Part shown: positions 1-8,793 of the stretch, in pieces
Numbering within the stretch: the first letter of the stretch is position 1
Layout: each line of letters opens with the position of its first letter
Source of the DNA: an uncultured Planctomycetales bacterium
GTDB taxonomy: Bacteria > Omnitrophota > Gorgyraeia > Zapsychrales > JBDRMG01
Length of the DNA stretch: 64,000 nt
Direction: 5' to 3'
NCBI GenBank assembly: GCA_964478715.1
Contig: CAYZIY010000003.1
Coordinates: 6,669 to 70,668, forward strand
Translations under genes and position numbers: made by a program
Notes under the pieces: model-generated
What the model saw: only the letters and a program-made list of their open reading frames with translations
Told to the model about the DNA's origin: nothing
Database searches by the model: none

Positions 1-237
1 TTTCATTCAAAGACGAAATTCAAATCAGGAACCGGTTGGCCAAGTTTTTGGGCCCCGGTATCCGATTTGAATATTGAACTATACAAAGATACCGGCTTTT
101 TCATGAATCGCATTGAAGTGATTTGCGCGCGTTGCCAGGCGCATTTAGGGCATATTTTTAATGATGGCCCTCCGCCGACGGGGAAAAGATATTGTATCAA
201 TTCGAATGCGTTAAATTTTGTGGAAATGGATCAATAA
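1..237 (+). CDS. msrB: Peptide-methionine (R)-S-oxide reductase MsrB, 5'-truncated by window edge
   Basis: My frame +1 translation gives [12 protein letters not shown]...[27 protein letters not shown], the MsrB signature motifs; TAA at 235-237; not in the ORF track. Confidence 0.95.
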   Translation, partial: FHSKTKFKSGTGWPSFWAPVSDLNIELYKDTGFFMNRIEVICARCQAHLGHIFNDGPPPTGKRYCINSNALNFVEMDQ

Positions 238-263
238 AATCAGGATGGGAAAAGGAGAAATCA

Positions 264-902
264 ATGGATCGTAGGTTATTTAAAGTCATTGCTGTTTTTG
301 GTGTTATTGTTTTTTCTGGGTGCGGTACCATTCAAAAAGTTAAAGACCATGATGAGCTGGAGACGATGGTCAGCCAGTGTCAGCGGCAATTGAAAGAAGC
401 GCAAGAGCAGCACGGTGAGACGATCAGTGAGCTGCAGCGAGCCAAAAACAATTTAGAAGAGAAATTGAAGAGCCAGATTGGAGATCAGACTGCCCGCTTA
501 GAGATGAGCGATCGTGGTCTTGTGATCACCTTTTTAGCCGAAATCTTTTTTGATTCGGGTAAGGCGATCATCCAGGAAAAAGGCATGAAGACGCTTCAAG
601 ATGTCGCCGAGGTCCTTAATGAAGATGTCGTTGATTTGAATATTGTGATTGAAGGGCATACGGATAATATCCCGATTAAATATTCCGGGTGGAAGTCGAA
701 TTGGGAGCTTTCAACCGCCCGGGCTCTGGCTGTTCTTCATTATTTTATCAGCATGTGCGATGTAAAACCGCAACGGCTGGCCATTGCCGGTTACAGTCAA
801 TATCGACCGATGGAGTCTAATGAAACTCCCAAAGGTCGGCAAAGAAACAGGAGGGTCGAGATCGTTGTTTTGCCAGTTCAGGAGAAGGTCCCGGCTCCGT
901 AA
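264..902 (+). CDS. OmpA/MotB-family peptidoglycan-binding lipoprotein with coiled coil
   Basis: AGGAG RBS before ATG 264 (track start 192 overlaps msrB); lipobox VFSGC; coiled coil; IEGHTDNIP...NWELSTARA...NRRVEI OmpA_C/MotB motifs. Confidence 0.88.
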   Translation: MDRRLFKVIAVFGVIVFSGCGTIQKVKDHDELETMVSQCQRQLKEAQEQHGETISELQRAKNNLEEKLKSQIGDQTARLEMSDRGLVITFLAEIFFDSGKAIIQEKGMKTLQDVAEVLNEDVVDLNIVIEGHTDNIPIKYSGWKSNWELSTARALAVLHYFISMCDVKPQRLAIAGYSQYRPMESNETPKGRQRNRRVEIVVLPVQEKVPAP

Positions 903-928
903 GATCTGTTCTGTGACGATTTTTGTTT

Positions 929-960
929 AGGGCAAGCCCTAAATAGGGCTTGCCCTTTTT
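929..960 (+). terminator. Intrinsic terminator
   Basis: AGGGCAAGCCCTA-AA-TAGGGCTTGCCCT perfect inverted repeat followed by T run. Confidence 0.85.
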
Positions 961-978
961 GTTTATACAAGATAAAAT
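950..978 (+). promoter_or_regulatory. Putative sigma70 promoter for polyP operon
   Basis: TTGCCC-17nt-TAAAAT; the -35 overlaps the terminator 3' arm. Confidence 0.4.
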
Positions 979-1062
979 ATTTATTCAAAATCGGTCCTGT
1001 ATCAACGATCTAAAAAGGAACAAAATGATTTTTAATGATTTCAACTATCAAGGAGCAGGTCT

Positions 1063-2589
1063 ATGCGTGCCGGTGTTATCGATATCGGATCGAATTCTAT
1101 TAAATGTTTGATAGCAGAAAAGGATGAGAGCAATTTAAGAATTTTGGAATCGTTAAAAAATTTCTCGCCTATTGGACGGAGCACTTTTCTTCGCGGTCGC
1201 ATCTCACAGCAAAATATAAATCAAACCATTGTTATTCTTGAGAAATATAAAGAAGTACTCAACCAATATGAAGTAACCAATATCCGGATAATTGCAACTA
1301 CAGCCGTACGTGAAGCCCGAAATCGCGAAATATTTCTTGATACAGTTTTTCGAAAAACCGATTTTCAGATCGAAGTTCTCAATGTGGGGGATGTTGTTTA
1401 TTTTATTGATAGCTATCTCTCTCATAAGTTGAAGAACAAATTTCCGATCCATACCCGTAATCTGATCATCGGTGAGCTTGGATCGGGAAGTCTCGATATC
1501 TCAATTATGAAAAAAGGTTTTACCCTTATGAATGTCGGGCTTCCGATCGGGGCCTTGCGTATCAAGCAGCTTCTCGCCCGCCTGGACGGTAGCCAAGAGG
1601 AGACTACGGAAGCTATCGGACAGTACATCGAGAATGAGTTTGTCAGCTTGAAACGAAACTTGCCCCGGATTCGCATCGATGACATTATCCTTATCGACGA
1701 AAATTACTTCCATTTGCAAAATATTTTGCCTCACAAATTTGAGGAATCCGATTTTTTCTATTTGACTCATGCAGATGCCAAAAAAGTTTTGTCTTTGGTG
1801 GTTGATAAAAGGAATGAAGAAATAGCCAGGCAATACAATTTACCGCTAGAAATCAGCGATACAATTGTGGCCTATATGATGATTCTTGAGATGTTTTTTA
1901 AAATGACTGATACGAAGAAAATTTACGTTTTGGAAACATCATTGGCGGAAGCCATTTTGGCCAATATGTTGTTTGATCTAGAGCTCAACGATAAATATAA
2001 TAAGATGAATCAATTAATTTCGGTCGCGAATTCTTTGTGCTATAAATATAACCAGGATTTAAATCATGTCCGTGCGGTTGCCAATATGGCCAAAGTTATT
2101 TTTGATAATCTGGCACCAGCGATGGGCCTAAAAGAAGAAGACGCTTTATTGCTTCTTTTGGCCGCCTATTTGCACGATATCGGACAATTTATTCATAACC
2201 GGGCGCATCACAAGCACTCCGAGTATGTTATTAATTCTTTGAATCTTTTTAGGATGACAGACCAGGAGATTAAAGTTTGCGCCTGTATTGCTCGTTATCA
2301 TCGTAAGGCTTTCCCGTCCTCCAATCATATGTATTTCAATTCTCTGCCAACCGATAAGAAAATCGTAGTTCAAAAATTGGCTTCGATTTTAAGAATGGCC
2401 GATTCACTGGATCGTTCTCATAAGCAAAAAGTCAATGATCTGGATATCGAGATCAGCGGCGAAGGAGATATCGCGATCACAGTTGATGCCAGCGGTAATT
2501 TCGTTCTGGAAAAAGCAGAATTTGCGCAAAAGAAAACATTATTCGAGGAAATTACAGGCAGTAAAGCGAACCTGATCGTCAATAACTGA
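1063..2589 (+). CDS. ppx: Ppx/GppA exopolyphosphatase-family protein with C-terminal HD domain (catalytic motif degenerate)
   Basis: IDIGSNS, IATTAVREARN, LHDIG, IARYHRK, LRMADSLDRSH; directly upstream of ppk1. Confidence 0.85.
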   Translation: MRAGVIDIGSNSIKCLIAEKDESNLRILESLKNFSPIGRSTFLRGRISQQNINQTIVILEKYKEVLNQYEVTNIRIIATTAVREARNREIFLDTVFRKTDFQIEVLNVGDVVYFIDSYLSHKLKNKFPIHTRNLIIGELGSGSLDISIMKKGFTLMNVGLPIGALRIKQLLARLDGSQEETTEAIGQYIENEFVSLKRNLPRIRIDDIILIDENYFHLQNILPHKFEESDFFYLTHADAKKVLSLVVDKRNEEIARQYNLPLEISDTIVAYMMILEMFFKMTDTKKIYVLETSLAEAILANMLFDLELNDKYNKMNQLISVANSLCYKYNQDLNHVRAVANMAKVIFDNLAPAMGLKEEDALLLLLAAYLHDIGQFIHNRAHHKHSEYVINSLNLFRMTDQEIKVCACIARYHRKAFPSSNHMYFNSLPTDKKIVVQKLASILRMADSLDRSHKQKVNDLDIEISGEGDIAITVDASGNFVLEKAEFAQKKTLFEEITGSKANLIVNN

Positions 2590-4622
2590 TGAATCATCAA
2601 AAGACAGAATTAAGTCCGCGAGAGAAATTTATTCACCGGGAAATCAGCTGGTTGAATTTTAATGAACGAGTGATGGACGAAGCCTCCGACTTGTCGAATC
2701 CTCTGCTAGAAAGACTGAAATTTCTGGCGATCTTTATCAATAATCTAGACGAATTCATTATGGTCCGGGTTGCGGGGTTAAGGCGACTGCTGGATTCCGG
2801 TTTTAACCAGAAGGATATTTTTGGATACTATCCTTTTGAGCTTTTCCAGGAAATTCGCTTGCGGGTTGAAGTTTTATTCCGGAAGCTTTATGACATTTTT
2901 GAATTGCTAAATAATGAGCTGAAGAAGAATAAGATTTTCATCAAGACATATGAGGGATTAACGGGGGAACAGAAGAAATACATCAATAGATTATTCGAAC
3001 AAACTATCTTTCCAACTATTACCCCCATGGCGGTGGATCAGGGGAGGCCGTTTCCTCTTCTTTCCTCGAAAACAATTGCATTTGCCGTTTCTCTTAAGCA
3101 AAACGGTAAGATTCATTTAGCTATTATTCCGGTTCCCCAATCTGCCCAACGGGTGATTCGGCTTCCCTCCGAGAGGCATCAGCTAGATTTTATTCTGCTG
3201 GATGAGGTTATCAGGGAGTTCCTTCCGAAATTTTTTCGGGGATTTGAAATTTTACACACCACCGCTTTTCGCTTGATGAGAGACAGCGAACTGTCTGTAG
3301 ACGAGGAGTTTGCTGAGCATTTGCTCAAAGCCATCGAGGAAGAATTACGCAAAAGACCTCGCGGAAAGGTTGTTTGCCTGGAACTGGAGCGTGCGTGTGA
3401 TAAGCAATTAAAGCAAATGATTTGCGAAGGGCTGGATTTTTCCGAAGAAGATGTTATTACCATAAAGGGAGACCTAGATTTGAGCTTTCTATTTGAATTA
3501 ATCCATGAGGTGGGGGATCCGCAGCTGTCTTATCCCGACTTCAAAAGAGGCCAGATAGATTATGAAGATATTTTTGAGAGAATCAAGGAATCGGATTTTC
3601 TTCTGCATCTGCCGTTTCAATCTTTTCAACCTACGGTGGATCTGATTCAATCTGCCGCTTGTGATGAGAATGTTTTAGCAATCAAAATGACATTGTATCG
3701 AACTAATGAAGATTCGGCAATTATCGCTGCTCTTAAAAAGGCCGCGGAAAACAAAAAACAGGTGACCGTCCTGGTGGAGATCAAAGCGCGGTTTGAAGAG
3801 AAGAAGAACATCAATTGGTCCCGCGAACTCGAGGAGGCTGGATGTCATGTGATTTACGGGATCGCCAATATGAAGATCCATTCCAAGATTACGCTCATTG
3901 TTCGCAAGGAAGAGGGCCGCATTCGTCGTTATGTTCATTTGTCGACCGGAAATTATAATGAAAAGACAGCCAAAATCTATAGCGATATGGGTTATTTTAC
4001 CGTTAATGACGATTTTGCACGCGACATTTCGGATGTTTTCAATGTTATTACCGGGTATTCTCTGCCGTCACGCTGGAAAAGAATTATTTCCTCCCCCAAT
4101 GATTTACGGCAATATTTTTTTGAGTTGATCAATCAGGAAATCGAATATCAGCAGAAATACAAAAATGGTCAGATTTTTGCTAAGTTTAATTCTCTTGAAG
4201 ATCCGAAAATTATCGAGAAGCTTTATGAGGCTTCGCAGGCGGGCGTAAAAATCCGCTTGGTTGTCCGCGGTATCTGCTGCTTGATTCCGGGAGTCAAAGG
4301 CTTCAGCGATAATATCGAAGTCAGAAGTATCGTGGGCCGGTTTTTGGAGCATACAAGGATTTTTATTTTTCACAACAATACCGATCAGAGGATATTTCTC
4401 TCGAGTGCTGATTGGATGCGGCGCAATCTGGATCGGCGCATTGAGCTGCTTTTTGAAATCACAAAGACTGACCTGAAAGATCATATTCGTTTTGTCATGA
4501 AAAGCTATTGGAAGGATAATGTGAAATCAAGAATATTAAAGAACGACAAAAACTACATTCCTCTAAAAGATAAGAATGAGTCATTCAACGTACAGGACAA
4601 ACTCATCGAACATTACTCCTGA
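2589..4622 (+). CDS. ppk1: Polyphosphate kinase 1
   Basis: REISWLNFNERV, NLDEFIMVRVAGL, IKMTLYR, KIHSK, HLSTGNYN, GRFLEHTR, SADWMRRNLDRRIE. Confidence 0.97.
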   Translation: MNHQKTELSPREKFIHREISWLNFNERVMDEASDLSNPLLERLKFLAIFINNLDEFIMVRVAGLRRLLDSGFNQKDIFGYYPFELFQEIRLRVEVLFRKLYDIFELLNNELKKNKIFIKTYEGLTGEQKKYINRLFEQTIFPTITPMAVDQGRPFPLLSSKTIAFAVSLKQNGKIHLAIIPVPQSAQRVIRLPSERHQLDFILLDEVIREFLPKFFRGFEILHTTAFRLMRDSELSVDEEFAEHLLKAIEEELRKRPRGKVVCLELERACDKQLKQMICEGLDFSEEDVITIKGDLDLSFLFELIHEVGDPQLSYPDFKRGQIDYEDIFERIKESDFLLHLPFQSFQPTVDLIQSAACDENVLAIKMTLYRTNEDSAIIAALKKAAENKKQVTVLVEIKARFEEKKNINWSRELEEAGCHVIYGIANMKIHSKITLIVRKEEGRIRRYVHLSTGNYNEKTAKIYSDMGYFTVNDDFARDISDVFNVITGYSLPSRWKRIISSPNDLRQYFFELINQEIEYQQKYKNGQIFAKFNSLEDPKIIEKLYEASQAGVKIRLVVRGICCLIPGVKGFSDNIEVRSIVGRFLEHTRIFIFHNNTDQRIFLSSADWMRRNLDRRIELLFEITKTDLKDHIRFVMKSYWKDNVKSRILKNDKNYIPLKDKNESFNVQDKLIEHYS

Positions 4623-5518
4623 TGCTTTATTGTCAGTATGCCCAAGAAATATTTTGTCAACATCTGACTCAGATTGAGAAACAAAAGCGAGGAGCGCTTG
4701 CCGTCCGTGATATCGAATATCTGCATCAGTTGAGAGTCGGCATTCGCCGCCTTACCAATACACTATGGGTTTTTCAGGATCTTTTCCCCAAAAAGACATA
4801 CCAGAAGCACAAAGCCTCTCTTAAGAAATTAACCAAAGTTTTAGGTAGGGCTCGCGACCAGGATGTCAAGATTGCGCTTATTGAAAGCTATGGTGCAAAA
4901 AGTCGGGATGCTCAAATCAAAAAACACGTACAAATTTTGATCCGTACCTTAGCCGAAGAAAGACGAGAATCGCAAGAGAAGGTATCAGCCGCCATTAAAG
5001 AATTTGAGAAAGAGAAGACGACACTTGAAATTTCCAAGAGTTTAGAGAAGCCTCTGGATACTACTTCCAGACAACAGAAGATAAAAAGAATCGCCATTCA
5101 AAGGATTTCGAGTCGTATTGCGCAGATGAATCAACGCAGCCATTGCGTTCATAAGCCACAGAAGGTCAAAGAACTCCATCGATTGAGAATCGCCGTCAGA
5201 CATTTACGCTATTCTCTGGAGTCTTTTGTGTTGTTTTATGGAAAGGATATTAAGCCTTACCTTAAATACGCTAAAGGGATCCAAGGCGCTCTTGGAAAAA
5301 CACATGATCTGGATGTCTGGATTCAGCAACTTCCCGGATATGCCTCCATCGAATCCAGAAATATTGCATTCCCGGTAACATTGAGTATTCTTATTGGTGA
5401 TTGCCGTGTTTTAAGAAATAAATCCTATAGAAAATTTTTTCGCTTATGGAGTAACGCTCAAAAAGATAAAACGTGGAATAAGTGCCGTCGTTTCTTGTCC
5501 TACCACAAGCGAACATGA
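4622..5518 (+). CDS. CHAD domain polyphosphate-binding protein
   Basis: Two LHxLRxxxRR/LR motifs (LHQLRVGIRR, LHRLRIAVRHLRY), LGRARDQDV, LGKTHDLDV; highly basic; in polyP operon. Confidence 0.9.
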   Translation: MLYCQYAQEIFCQHLTQIEKQKRGALAVRDIEYLHQLRVGIRRLTNTLWVFQDLFPKKTYQKHKASLKKLTKVLGRARDQDVKIALIESYGAKSRDAQIKKHVQILIRTLAEERRESQEKVSAAIKEFEKEKTTLEISKSLEKPLDTTSRQQKIKRIAIQRISSRIAQMNQRSHCVHKPQKVKELHRLRIAVRHLRYSLESFVLFYGKDIKPYLKYAKGIQGALGKTHDLDVWIQQLPGYASIESRNIAFPVTLSILIGDCRVLRNKSYRKFFRLWSNAQKDKTWNKCRRFLSYHKRT

Positions 5519-6261
5519 GAGTGGCTGTCTTTTCAGATATTCATGCCAATTTTCCTGCCTGTCAGCGAGTTATAGGGGATGCCAAAAGCCGCAAAACTGG
5601 ATTGATGATTCAATTGGGAGACGTTCTCGGCTTTGCGCCTTATCCGGAGGAGGTCATCGCCCTTTTACAAAAAGAGAAAATCAAAAGCATTATCGGCAAT
5701 TATGATCTCAAAGTTCTCCAGTTTAGGAAAAAGATTTCTAAGTGGCTGAAGAAAAAAGATGCCGTCAAGGTGTTTTCTTTCTGGTGGAGCCATGATAATA
5801 TTAGTTCTAAAGCGAGAAAATATTTAAAGCGTCTGCCTAAGACTATGAAACTGAGTCTTGGCAAAAAAAAGGTATTTTGTGTCCATGGAAGTCCTGATGA
5901 TATGGAAGAGCCCCTGGGGCCCGACACGCCACTCAAAAGGTTGGAAAAAATCGTAGAGACCAATAAAGTCGATCTCATTCTTTGCGGGCACAGTCATGAA
6001 TTTTTTGCCAAGAAAGTCCGTGGTGTATGGCTTGTAAATCCCGGGAGTGTAGGGCGTTCCTTTGATGGCAGTGTCAAGAGTTCTTATGCGATTGTGGATA
6101 TTTCCCGGAAAAAGATATCTGTTGAACATTTTCGGATTCCTTATCCGGTGGAACAGGTGATTAAGAGGATGCAGCAGGAGAAATTTCCGCAAGAATTGTG
6201 CGTAGCTTTATCGCAAGGTAGAAGTATCGACGATATGGAAATAGATGAAGGTGATGAATGA
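5515..6261 (+). CDS. Calcineurin-like metallophosphoesterase (YfcE/MJ0936 family)
   Basis: SDIHAN, LGDVLG, GNYD, HGSP, GHSH, NPGSVG; ATG 5515 overlaps CHAD stop (ATGA). Confidence 0.9.
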   Translation: MRVAVFSDIHANFPACQRVIGDAKSRKTGLMIQLGDVLGFAPYPEEVIALLQKEKIKSIIGNYDLKVLQFRKKISKWLKKKDAVKVFSFWWSHDNISSKARKYLKRLPKTMKLSLGKKKVFCVHGSPDDMEEPLGPDTPLKRLEKIVETNKVDLILCGHSHEFFAKKVRGVWLVNPGSVGRSFDGSVKSSYAIVDISRKKISVEHFRIPYPVEQVIKRMQQEKFPQELCVALSQGRSIDDMEIDEGDE

Positions 6262-6857
6262 TTGAAAAAGTTCAGCAATTAGCTGATAACTACGATTACG
6301 AAAAAGAGCATGCCCAACAGGTAACTCGTTTGGCTCTCAAAATATTTAACGAAACAAGGTCCTTGCATAATTTTGGAGATATTGAACGCTGGTGGCTGCA
6401 GGCCGCAAGTTTTCTACATGATATCGGCTGGAAATCAGGCCGTAAAGGGCATCATAAAGCCTCTCGCGATGCTATTTTGCATTCCATGGATTTGCCTTTT
6501 AACGAGAAAGAGAAAATGATTGTAGCACTCATTGCCCGTTATCATCGACGGGCTTTTCCGCAGGAAAAGCACAGGTATTATGCCAGTTTGGATCCGCAGT
6601 CGAAACATATTGTGGCCGTTTTGTCTTCCTTTTTGCGTATCGCTGATGGTTTGGATCGGACCCGCAGCAATGATGTGAAGGATATTAAATGCGATATTGC
6701 ACCCACCAAGGTAACGATGAAAATCATTACCGAACACTTGCCGGAAGTCGATAAGCAGGCGGGAAAAAAGAAGGGGGATCTTTTTGAGCATCTTTTTGGC
6801 CGCGAGCTGGAAATCTGCGCCCAAGATTCTTCAAAAGAGGAATACTCATTAAATTAA
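6258..6857 (+). CDS. Stand-alone HD domain protein resembling Ppx C-terminal HD region
   Basis: HAQQV, LHDIG, HHKAS, IARYHRR, LRIADGLDR; same motif order as the C-terminal part of 1063..2589. Confidence 0.85.
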   Translation: MIEKVQQLADNYDYEKEHAQQVTRLALKIFNETRSLHNFGDIERWWLQAASFLHDIGWKSGRKGHHKASRDAILHSMDLPFNEKEKMIVALIARYHRRAFPQEKHRYYASLDPQSKHIVAVLSSFLRIADGLDRTRSNDVKDIKCDIAPTKVTMKIITEHLPEVDKQAGKKKGDLFEHLFGRELEICAQDSSKEEYSLN

Positions 6858-7598
6858 TTGGGGACTCCACCTTTCGATATCTGCGTTTTTTTTCCTTTGA
6901 AGAAGGTCGGTAAAGGACAACAAAGAACGGCGGGCCTCACCGATGGGAAAATCCATGATATCCCAGTGATCACTGTCTTCTCCGTCGTGATTAACGATGA
7001 CGGCTTTAAAAAGATACGCTTCTTTTAATTCCTTGAATGCGCTTCGGGCTCGTCTGGCAATGTCTTTTTGGGCTGCTTGGCCGATCGTTTTTTTTTGTTT
7101 GAGTGTCCGGCGTCTCAGTTTATTTCTCATCAGAAGAGTCAGTTGTCTGGAAAATTCTTTAGGGCCCAGATCTTTTTGAGCTTTCTGGATTTCTACTTTG
7201 CTTAATGGGGAAAGGAAGGCGCTGATTTTTGGAATTGATTTTAAGAAAGGATCGCTTAAAAGAACTTTTCCAACAAAGGGATTACCTTCAAAGAAGACAT
7301 TGGTCTTCTCTAACTGATTTTTTAATTCTAAGAATCCCAGAGCCTGAAGGTCACCGCGAACATTAAAAATCCGGTAATAGTCTTTCTTTTTCAAATTTTT
7401 AATAAATAATAAGGAGCGAAAGAAATAATCAATACCGTCTTTTTCTTCGGGGCGTGGTTTTCGCGAATTATAAAGGACGAGGGGGCGGGTTTCTGTCATT
7501 AGCTGAGGAAAAAATTTTTGAAGAGCTTTGGCAAGAGGACTTTTCCCTGCGCAAGAGGGCCCGCTAAGAATAATGAGTTTATGACGGCGGTTTCTCAT
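6849..7598 (-). CDS. Guanylate-kinase-like P-loop kinase
   Basis: LIILSGPSCAGKS P-loop, SRKPRPEEKDGIDYFF GK signature; ATG 7598 coupled to ROK stop. Confidence 0.75.
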   Translation of the reverse strand: MRNRRHKLIILSGPSCAGKSPLAKALQKFFPQLMTETRPLVLYNSRKPRPEEKDGIDYFFRSLLFIKNLKKKDYYRIFNVRGDLQALGFLELKNQLEKTNVFFEGNPFVGKVLLSDPFLKSIPKISAFLSPLSKVEIQKAQKDLGPKEFSRQLTLLMRNKLRRRTLKQKKTIGQAAQKDIARRARSAFKELKEAYLFKAVIVNHDGEDSDHWDIMDFPIGEARRSLLSFTDLLQRKKNADIERWSPQLI

Positions 7599-8554
7599 GA
7601 TTTCACCAGATAGACAGCCCCGAGGATCACAGCATCGTCTTTCAGACGCGAAGCGACCAGGGGGCATTTAGGCAGACGTTTAAAAAACGGATCTTTATTA
7701 AATATTTTTCTGATTTCAGGAAGCATAAAGTCACCGCAAGCTTCAATGAGACCGCCGCCAAAAAGAATTTTTTCAGGATCAAAAATATGCCTGAGGCTGA
7801 TGCAAGCCAGACCCAAATTTTTACAGACTTCACGCATGATTTGAAGAGTTAGAGTGTCGTGGCGCTTAAAGGCCTTACGGAATACTTTGCTTTTGATTTG
7901 ATGAATAGATTTCCCGTTCAGCTTGGTGATAATGGATTTTCTTCCGTGTTTAATATATCTGCGGATATCTCTCTCCATGGCCCAACGGCTGGAAATGGCC
8001 TCCAGGCAACCGCTGTTTCCGCAGGTGCATTTGGGACCATTGGGGATCACAATGATATGCCCGATTTCTCCGGCAGCTCCGTGGGTACCCGTTAAGAGTT
8101 CTTTGTTGATCATGACCCCGCCGCCAATACCGGTGCCCGGAAAGATTCCAACGATATTATCGGCCTTTTGCCCCGCGCCCAGCCAGTTTTCTCCCAGAAG
8201 ACCCAAATTTACGTCGTTGCCGATTTCAACCGGACAATAAAATTTTTCTTTGATCTTTTCTCTTAAGGGAAAGTGGGAGAGATTGATATTGGGAGCTTCC
8301 AAAATGCGACCCGTTTTTGTATCCACAATGCCAGGTACGCCCACGCCGATGCCCTTGATGCTCTTTTTGGGGATGCGGACTTCTTTGCAAAGGCGTTCAG
8401 CGGTTTCAATGGTGGTTTTAGAAATTGTGTGTGCTTTTGCCCGATGAGGGGTCGGTGTCTTTACCCGGGAAAGTATCTTTCCCCGTGAGGTGGTTAGGCC
8501 GGTAAGGATTTTTGTTCCGCCAATATCGATGCCAATATAATAATTTGCTGACAT
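7595..8554 (-). CDS. ROK family sugar kinase (glucokinase-like)
   Basis: GIDIGGTK, GNDVN, GTGIGGG, GEIGH, CTCGNSGCLE Zn motif; no N-terminal HTH. Confidence 0.92.
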   Translation of the reverse strand: MSANYYIGIDIGGTKILTGLTTSRGKILSRVKTPTPHRAKAHTISKTTIETAERLCKEVRIPKKSIKGIGVGVPGIVDTKTGRILEAPNINLSHFPLREKIKEKFYCPVEIGNDVNLGLLGENWLGAGQKADNIVGIFPGTGIGGGVMINKELLTGTHGAAGEIGHIIVIPNGPKCTCGNSGCLEAISSRWAMERDIRRYIKHGRKSIITKLNGKSIHQIKSKVFRKAFKRHDTLTLQIMREVCKNLGLACISLRHIFDPEKILFGGGLIEACGDFMLPEIRKIFNKDPFFKRLPKCPLVASRLKDDAVILGAVYLVKS

Positions 8555-8718
8555 AACTTCATTTTATTAGTTCTGAAGACGAAAGTAAAATAGTATTCTA
8601 TTAATTGTTAAAGTTATTGATCACGCAAGGAGGAGCGTTCATTAATTTGCTGTTTGGATTTCATCACTAGAGGCATGAGAATTTTCTAAATAGTAAATGA
8701 CGGAGCTTGAGGAAATTA

Positions 8719-8747
8719 TTGACACTATCTAGCCCGTAAGATAAAGT
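8719..8747 (+). promoter_or_regulatory. Putative sigma70 promoter
   Basis: TTGACA-17nt-TAAAGT upstream of Na/Pi cotransporter. Confidence 0.55.
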
Positions 8748-8793
8748 ATTACAAGTATTTTATGAAAAACTCTTCTTACATTAATATTTCTGT

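Noticed and set aside
3-200. 65-aa minus-strand ORF
   Set aside because: Antisense shadow of msrB
264-902. Flagellar stator MotB or Zorya ZorB
   Set aside because: No motA/zorA neighbour, and it has a lipobox instead of the Asp-containing TM helix
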